DNA of 64,000 nt from Octopus sinensis (Eukaryota), in NCBI RefSeq assembly GCF_006345805.1, contig NC_043022.1, positions 15,562,001 to 15,626,000 on the forward strand. The letters are read 5' to 3'. The stretch's first letter is position 1. Each line of letters starts with the position of its first letter. The position numbers and the translations under genes were made by a program. Positions 56,725 to 64,000 of this stretch are shown here, piece by piece. Under the pieces are notes generated by a model that ran no database searches, had not been told where the DNA came from, and saw nothing but the letters and a program-made list of their open reading frames with translations.

Positions 56725-58155
56725 TGTATGTATGTATGTGTGTATGTATGTGTGTATGTATGTATGTGTATGCATGTATGTATGTATGTATGTGTGTATG
56801 TATGTATGTGTGTATGTATGTATGTGTGTATGTATGTGTGTATGTATGTGTGTGTGTATGTATGTATGTATGTGTGTATGTGTGTATGTATGTATGTATG
56901 TATGTATGTATGTATGTATGTATGTGTGTATGTATGTATGTGTGTATGTATGTATGTTTGTATGTATGTGTGTGTGTATGTATATATGTATGTATGTTTG
57001 TATGTGTGTATGTATGTATGTATGTTTGTATGTATGTATGCATGCATGTATGTATGTGTGTATGCATGTATGTATGTGTGTATGCATGTATGTTTGTATG
57101 TGTGTATGTATGTATGTATGTTTGTATGTATGTATGCATGCATGTATGTATGTATGTATGCATGTATGTATGTATGTATGTATGCATGTATGTATGTATG
57201 TATGTATGTTTGTATGTGTGTATGTATATATGTATGTTTGTATGTATGTATGCATGTAAGTATGTGCGTATGTATGTATGTATGTGTGTATGTATGTATG
57301 TGTGTATGTATGTGTGTATGTATGTATGTATGTATGTGTGTATGTATGTATGTATGTGTGTATGTATGTGTGTATGTATGTATGTATGTGTGTATGCATG
57401 TATGTATGTATGTGTGTATGTATCTATGTATGTATGTGTGTATGTATGTATGTGTGTATGTATGTATGTATGTGTGTATGTATGTATGTATGTGTGTATG
57501 TATGTGTGTATGTATGTATGTGTGTATGTATGAATGTATGTATGTGTGTATGCATGTATGTATGTATGTGTGTATGTATGTATGTATGTGTGTATGTATG
57601 TGTGTATGTATGTATGTATGTATGTGTGTATGTATGTATGTATGTATGTATGTGTGTATGCATGTATGTATGTATGTGTGTATGTATGTGTGTATGTATG
57701 TGTGTATGTATGTATGTATGTATGTATGTGTGTATGTATGTATGTATGTATGTATGTGTGTATGCATGTATGTATGTATGTGTGTATGTATGTATGTATG
57801 TATGTGTGTATGTATGTATGTATGTATGTGTGTATGCATGTATGTATGTATGTGTGTATGTATGTATGTATGTATGTGTGTATGTATGTGTGTATGTATG
57901 TATGTGTGTATGTATGTATGTATGTATGTATGTGTGTATGTATGTATGTATGTGTGTATGTATGTGTGCATGTATGTGTGTATGTATGTATGTATGTTTG
58001 TATGTATGTATATATGTATGTATGTATATGTATGTAGGTATGTATGAAGGTATGTGTGTATGTATGTATGTATGTATGTTTGTATGTATGTATATATGTA
58101 TGTATGTATATGTATGTAGGTATGTATGAAGGTATGTATGTATGTAGGTATGTAT
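56692..58155. repeat. ~1.45-kb (TATG)n/(TG) microsatellite
   Basis: Directly visible; similar arrays at 8847-9180, 17540-17935, 52275-52705. Confidence 0.97.
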
Positions 58156-59279
58156 CTATAGATGTGTGTGTGTGTATGCGTATCTACACACCTTAAGGGC
58201 GCTATATGCTGCGGAGTGAGATCGAACTCGAAGCCAGCTGGTTACGAAGCAGACAACTTTAACACAACCAAGCCTGCGACTGTAAACAAAAACATACCAG
58301 ACATGACCATCCCGTCGTTTTGTTTCTTTATCCTTTTACTTGTTTCAGTCATTTGACTGTGGCCATGCTGGAGCACCGCCTTTTGTCGACGTGGACGTAA
58401 ACACACCAGCATCGCTAAGTGACGTGGACGTAAACACACCAGCATCGGTTGTCAAGCGATGTTGTGGGAACAAGCACAAATATACATATATAAGACGGGC
58501 TTCTTTCAGTTTCCGTGACGAGGATGATGATGATAATGATGAGGATGACGATGGTGATGATGATGATGATGTCGAAAGTATTGGGGGTATGTGCATTGCG
58601 TATTTAGGAGTACATCACCCACTACAAGCCATTTGGCTGCTATTTTTAGAAAACGGAATAACCAGTTTCGAGCCACCGTCGTCGTCGATCCAAGCTGAAG
58701 CAAGCAAATCCTAATCGTGACCACCCCGTCCGAATATATATTGAAACCCTGTTGTTCGTCTAAAACGAGTCTTTTACCCCTGCAAGAAGGCAGCCACCCG
58801 GGAATTTGGAGGGAAAAAAAGCCTCGTTCGTCCCGCTTTCTTTCTGTTTACTACTGATTTACTACTGTTTCTCTACTGCTTTACTACTGCTGCTGCAGCT
58901 CCTCCGCCTTCTCCTACTACTACTGTTCCTGCTGTTGCTACTTGTGTTGGTGAGAGAGAGAGAGAAGGAAAGAGGGAGAGGGAAGGAAAGAGGGAGAGAG
59001 GGGGAGAGCAATGTCAGACAAACTGTTTTGCTGCTGCTGCTGCTGCTGTTGCTGCGACTACTGCAATGCTTTGACCTTTCTCTCACTTTGTCTCTCTCTC
59101 TCTCTCTCTGTCTTTTTCCCTCACTCTCTTCCTGTCTTTCTCTCCCTCTCACTCTCTTTCTGTCCTCTCGCGCTCTCTCTGTCCTTGTCTTCCTCTTGCT
59201 CTCTCTGTCCTCTTCTCCCTCTTGCTCTCTCTCACTCTGTTCTTATCCCCCTTGTGCTCTCTCTTTCTCTCCATCTGTC

Positions 59280-59720
59280 CTTTACTCTCTCTCCATCTGT
59301 CCTTTACTCTCTCTCCTTTCTGTCCTTTTCTCTCTCCCTCTCCCTCTTTGTCCTTTTCTCTCTCCCTCTCCCAACCTGTTCTTTTCTCTCTCCCTCTCCC
59401 AACCTGTCCTTTTCTCTCTCCCTCTCCCTCTTTGTCCTTTTCTCTCTCCCTCTCCCAACTGTCCTTTTCTCTCTCCCTCTCCCAACCTGTCCTTTTCTCG
59501 CTCCCTCTCCCTCTTTGTCCTTTTCTCTCTCCCTCTCCCAACCTGTCTTTTTCTCTCTCCCTCTCCCTCTCTGTCCTTTTCTCTCTCCCTCTCCCAACCT
59601 GTCCTTTTCTCTCTCCCTCTCCCAACCTGTCCTTTTCTCTCTCCCTCTCCCAACCTGTCTTTTTCTCTCTCCCTCTCTGTCTTTTTCTCTCTCCCTCTCC
59701 CTCTCTGTCCTTTTCTCTCT
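59280..59720. repeat. ~28-30-bp pyrimidine minisatellite (cctgtccttttctctctccctctcccaa)
   Basis: Directly visible. Confidence 0.8.
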
Positions 59721-60243
59721 CTCTCTCCTTTCTTTCTCTATCTCTCTCTCTGTCCTTCTCTCTCTCTGTCCTTCTCTCTCTCTCTCTCTCCCTCTCTGTC
59801 GTCTGCCGCCTTCCTGTTTTCACAACACATTAGCGACAACAGTTCCCGGAAGAAAAACTCTCGCGGAAAAGAAAGCCGGAGCAATTCGAAAAAAAAAAAA
59901 GGACTTCAAAAGAAAGAAAGAGAGGAAGAAAGAAGGAACGAAAGAAAATACATTATTTATTATATATAATAATAATATATTATTTATAATATAATATTAT
60001 ATAATATCGTATTATATATATATATATATATATTATTTATATTGTATACAAATTACATCCGTAAATAAATCATATAATTATAGATTATTTGAATGTATGG
60101 GCTTCAGTTTACTGGGACTGTTTGGTCATGCTGGAGCACCAAAGGTTCTCATACTTTTGGGGCCAACCCCCACCTCATGGTCACATAACACCCTCAGCGA
60201 CCCCACTCCTATTTTTAGGGGTTAATAAATATTTTTTTATATA

Positions 60244-61326
60244 CTCTTTTACTTTGTTTTTAGTCATTTGACTGCGGCCATGCTGGGGCACCGCCTTTAG
60301 TCGAGCAAATATCGACCCCGGGACTTATTCTTTTGTAAGCCCAGTACTTATTCTATCGGTATCTTTTGCCGAACCGCTAAGTAACGGGGACGTAAACACA
60401 CCAGCATCGGTTGTCAAGCAATGCTAGAGGGACAAACACAGACACACAAACATACACATACATATATATATATATATACATATATACGACAGGCTTCTTT
60501 CAGTTTCCGTCTACCAAATCCACTCACAAGGCTTTGCTCGGCCCGGGGCTATAGTAGAAGACACTTGCCCAAGATGCCACGCAGTGGGACTGAACCCTGA
60601 ACCATGTGGTTGGTTAGCAAGCTACTTACCACACAACCACTCCTACGCCTATATGTTACTAGTTTATATTATATTATGAATCAATTGATATTTAAATATT
60701 ATATAATTTTATATACAATAACAATAATGATATCATAAATTCATAGCGTTCCCCAATCAACTGTCCCCTTTTTTTCTCTAACCCCAACAACACATGCACC
60801 ACCCCCTTAGACATCAGTGCCCTCCTGAGGGGCTGCAGCGCCCACTTTGAGAACCTATGGTTTAGGCGAACAAATCGACTTATTTTTCAAATCTGGTTAA
60901 CTTATTCTGTCAGTCTCTTTTGCCTAACTGCTAAGTTAAAGGGACGTAAACAAACCAGCACTGCTCTATTGAATGTTGGCAGTAGGTAACAACAGACAAT
61001 GACACACACATTTGTACATACATACATATATGTACACATATGGGATTCCACACAGTTTTCTCCTACCAAATCCACACACAAGGCATTTTATTTGTCAGCC
61101 GAGGGCTAAGATGTCCACGGTGCCATGCTGTGGGATTGAACCCAAAACCACTCACCCACAGCCATGCCTGCTCATTGCTGTGTGGTAAGAAGCTTGCTTC
61201 CCAACTACATGGTTCCGGGTTCAGTTCCACTGCGTGGCATCTTGGGCAAGTGTCTTCTACTTTAGCCAGGGGCCAACCAAAGCCTTGTGAGTGGATTTGG
61301 TAGGCGGAAACTAAAAGAAGCCTGTC

Positions 61327-61386
<60 letters not shown>

Positions 61387-61580
61387 TTGTGTTTGCCCCC
61401 CTAGCATTGCTTGACAACCGATGCTTGTGTGTTTACGTCCCCTGTAGCTTAGCAGTTCGGCAAAAGACACGGATAGACTAAGTACTAGGCTTACAAAGAA
61501 TAAGCCCTGGGGTCGATTTGTTCAACTAAAGGTGGTGCTCCAGCGTGGCCGCGGCCAAATGACTGAAACAAGTAAAAGAA
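60244..61580. mobile_element. SINE A copies 60244-60650 (-) and 61178-61580 (+), head-to-head
   Basis: Family A matches. Confidence 0.88.
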
Positions 61581-61612
61581 TATATATTGATGGGGGAGGG
61601 TGTGGCCTAGAG

Positions 61613-61701
61613 CAGCGTTTTTCAAAGTGTGGGTCCTGACCCTTCAGTGGGTCACGTGATAAATAAAATGAGTCATGGCAAGAAAAGTTTGGAAAACGCT
61701 G
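61613..61701. mobile_element. 89-bp hAT MITE with 8-bp TSD, inside a SINE head
   Basis: TIR cagcgtttt(t/c)caaa; GCCTAGAG at 61605-61612 and 61702-61709. Confidence 0.85.
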
Positions 61702-62337
61702 GCCTAGAGGTTAAGGGTGTTGTGCCCTTGTAAATCCCTAGATCCTAGGTTCAATTCCCAGGCCAGGCAGTGCATTTGAAATTGCTTTTGCAGGTAGGAG
61801 AGAGAGACAGACGAACTGGCGCGTTGCCACAAATATCTTCCCTCTCTCTCTACATTCCGAGTTCGAATCCCACCTGCCCACAGAAGGCAACGAGAAACCA
61901 CCCGAGTATTTATTAATCCCTAATCGTGATAACCAAAGTTCCATTAATCTACTTAGTGGCAGCGGGGGGCGGGGCGGTGCAGGGCCCCTGCCGGATAAGG
62001 TTCGCAAGCACAGGACCTGCACAAGGAGACCACCACCACCACCACTGGACTGGATTATAAGAAACAGTAAATGCTAAAACTGCATCTCACCTACCTGTTG
62101 TGGATCAATTGTGCTATGACTCTCCCTCCATGACCTTCACAACCTGATCCCAGTGGTTTATTTCCTGTGTAATGCTTCTCTCTAAGACATCTGTGTATCG
62201 CGGATTTGGTAGCCCTCAACTAACGCCATCTCCTCAGAGACCCTGCGGCGCAAGTTGACCAAAATTGAGAGTTTGATAGAAGAAGGCTTGCTCTTCCTTC
62301 CGTAGAAGAAAAAATTCATTATTTTTATTAAGGCGGA

Positions 62338-62748
62338 AAGGAGCTGGCAGAAATGGTAAGCACGCCGGGCGAAATGCTTAGCGGTATTTCGTCTGCCCTT
62401 ACGTTGTGAGTTCAAATTCCGCCGAGGTCGACTTTGCCTTTCATCCTTTCGGGGTCGATAAATTAAGTACCAGTTATGCACTGGGGTCGATCTAATCGAC
62501 TTAATACCTATGTCTGTCCTTGTTTGTCCCCTCTATGTTTAGCCCCTTGTGGGTAGTAAAGAAATAGGTATGTCATCTGCCGTTACGTTGTGAGTTCAAA
62601 TTCCGCCGAGGTCGACTTTACCTTTCATCCTTTCGGGGTCGATAAATAAAGTACCAGTTACGCACTGAGTCGATGTAATCGACTTAATCCCTTCGTCTGT
62701 CCTTGTTTGTCCCCTCTATGTTTAGTCCCTTGTGGGTAGTAAAGAAAC
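62338..62748 (+). mobile_element. Dimeric SINE B1
   Basis: As 53068-53482. Confidence 0.85.
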
Positions 62749-63393
62749 AAGAGTGTCCAATGTAAAACATTAAATACCAGCCCTTAAATGAAAAAAAAAT
62801 GAGATTCTGGGATTGATTCGTTTCGACCAAAATTCTTCGAGGCGATGCCCCAGTATGGCCACGGTCAAATAGCTGAAAGAGGTCAAAGGTCGTCCGTGTC
62901 TCTCCTTCTTTTCTATCAAATCCAGACTCGTCTCTCGCTGGTTCAAGAGTTGTCTTGTAGTGATTATCTCCCTTACACCGACAGCTGCCAACGACACACA
63001 CGCATCTGTGTGTGCGTGTGTGCGCCTTGTATATATATATATTCTTTTACTTTTTTGTTTCGGTCATTTGACTGCGGCCATGCTGGAGCATCGCCTTTTA
63101 GTCGAGCAAATCGACCCCAGGACTTATTCTTTGTAAGCCTAGTACTTATTCTATCGGTCTCTTTTGCCAAACCGCTAAGTTACGGGGACGTAAACACACC
63201 AGCATCGGTTGTCAAGTATAAATTAATAATTAAAAAAAAAGATTTTTAATTTTAACTTTAAATTTAAATAATTTAAATTGTGAATTTTATATTTTATTTT
63301 TTTTGTATATTATATTAATTAATTTTATTTCTATGTTTTGGTTTATGTTTTTCACTGTTTGATTTGCCTAATAGTGGTTTTATCTCTAATTTA

Positions 63394-63425
<32 letters not shown>

Positions 63426-63426
63426 A

Positions 63427-63471
<45 letters not shown>

Positions 63472-63473
63472 TC

Positions 63474-63506
<33 letters not shown>

Positions 63507-63802
63507 CGAGAGGCTTCTTTCAGTTTCCGTCCACCAAATCCACTTGCAAGGCTTTGGTCGGCCCAAGGCTATAATAGAAGACTGCTTAACGACTGTGTTG
63601 GTTTGTTTATGTCCCTGTAATTTGGCAGTATAATGAAAGAGACTGATAGAAGACGTACCAGGCTTTAAAAAAAGTACTAGAGCTGAACCCTTCGAAGCAG
63701 TGCCCCAGCATGACCACAGTTTCAAATAAAACGTAAGATTTATTTTCTTCAACACACACAAGATATCCTTTCAAATGTTACCATTTAGAAAAGCCATATC
63801 CA

Positions 63803-63816
63803 GTTGCCATGGATAC
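63803..63816. promoter_or_regulatory. X-box (GTTGCCATGGATAC)
   Basis: Consensus-level match; context may be a DNA-transposon remnant. Confidence 0.35.
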
Positions 63817-64000
63817 ATTTATTTTTTTAAAAATGTATCTGAACCTCAAGTCAGTCAAATCTGTTTTCAACGGAGAGTTTTTGAAGCAAGAATCCCGTCA
63901 CCAAATCTCAAAAACAATGAAGGTTCTCGGTGAAATGCATTCCTTATTTTTTTGCCATTGTCTGGAATTAATCTCATTGTTTCAAGACTGTCTATTTCTA

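Noticed and set aside
56591-58129. Long HTYI/MYVC ORFs up to 447 aa, and similar ones throughout
   Set aside because: Stop-free readings of TATG/CA microsatellites.
58806-59994. 387-aa and 327-aa Leu/Ser-rich ORFs
   Set aside because: Products of CT-rich simple and minisatellite repeats.
61702-61780. tRNA genes at SINE heads (also 24748, 29917, 61855)
   Set aside because: A and B boxes are present, but there is no cloverleaf or acceptor stem and each continues into SINE body.
62090-62310. Possible exon or 99-aa ORF
   Set aside because: Stops in all frames between candidate splice sites; weak resemblance to a decayed RTE LINE C-terminus, too weak to call.
63505-63735. SINE A with inverted 5' part (twin-priming geometry)
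   Set aside because: The two parts differ clearly in divergence and subfamily, so two independent insertions are more likely.

Overview
Eukaryotic genomic DNA, most likely octopus (coleoid cephalopod), judged from very dense microsatellites and octopus-type tRNA-derived SINEs. One protein-coding gene can be built by hand: CFAP100 (CCDC37/CCDC38 family, DUF4200 coiled-coil ciliary protein). It lies on the minus strand with 14 coding exons from ATG 52788 to TAA 7217 (1572 nt, 523 aa); all introns are GT-AG with consistent phases, and two RFX X-box-like motifs sit just upstream. Almost all ORFs in the supplied track are spurious readings of simple repeats. The rest is transposon debris: several modular SINE families, CR1, Tx1/L1-like and R4-like LINE ends, dead mariner, maT and Merlin transposases, MITEs and a Helitron. 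The most unusual structures are a Helitron whose 5'-terminal ~210 bp is amplified 10 times, a CR1 3' end amplified 8 times with a 3-unit periodicity, a SINE sharing its tail with a Tx1-like LINE, insertions with very long target-site duplications, near-perfect intronic hairpins, a hammerhead-like motif, and X-boxes near the left edge that suggest another ciliary promoter. No prokaryotic-type system (CRISPR etc.) is present. No database search was run; family names come from recognised motifs, and repeat coordinates are approximate.
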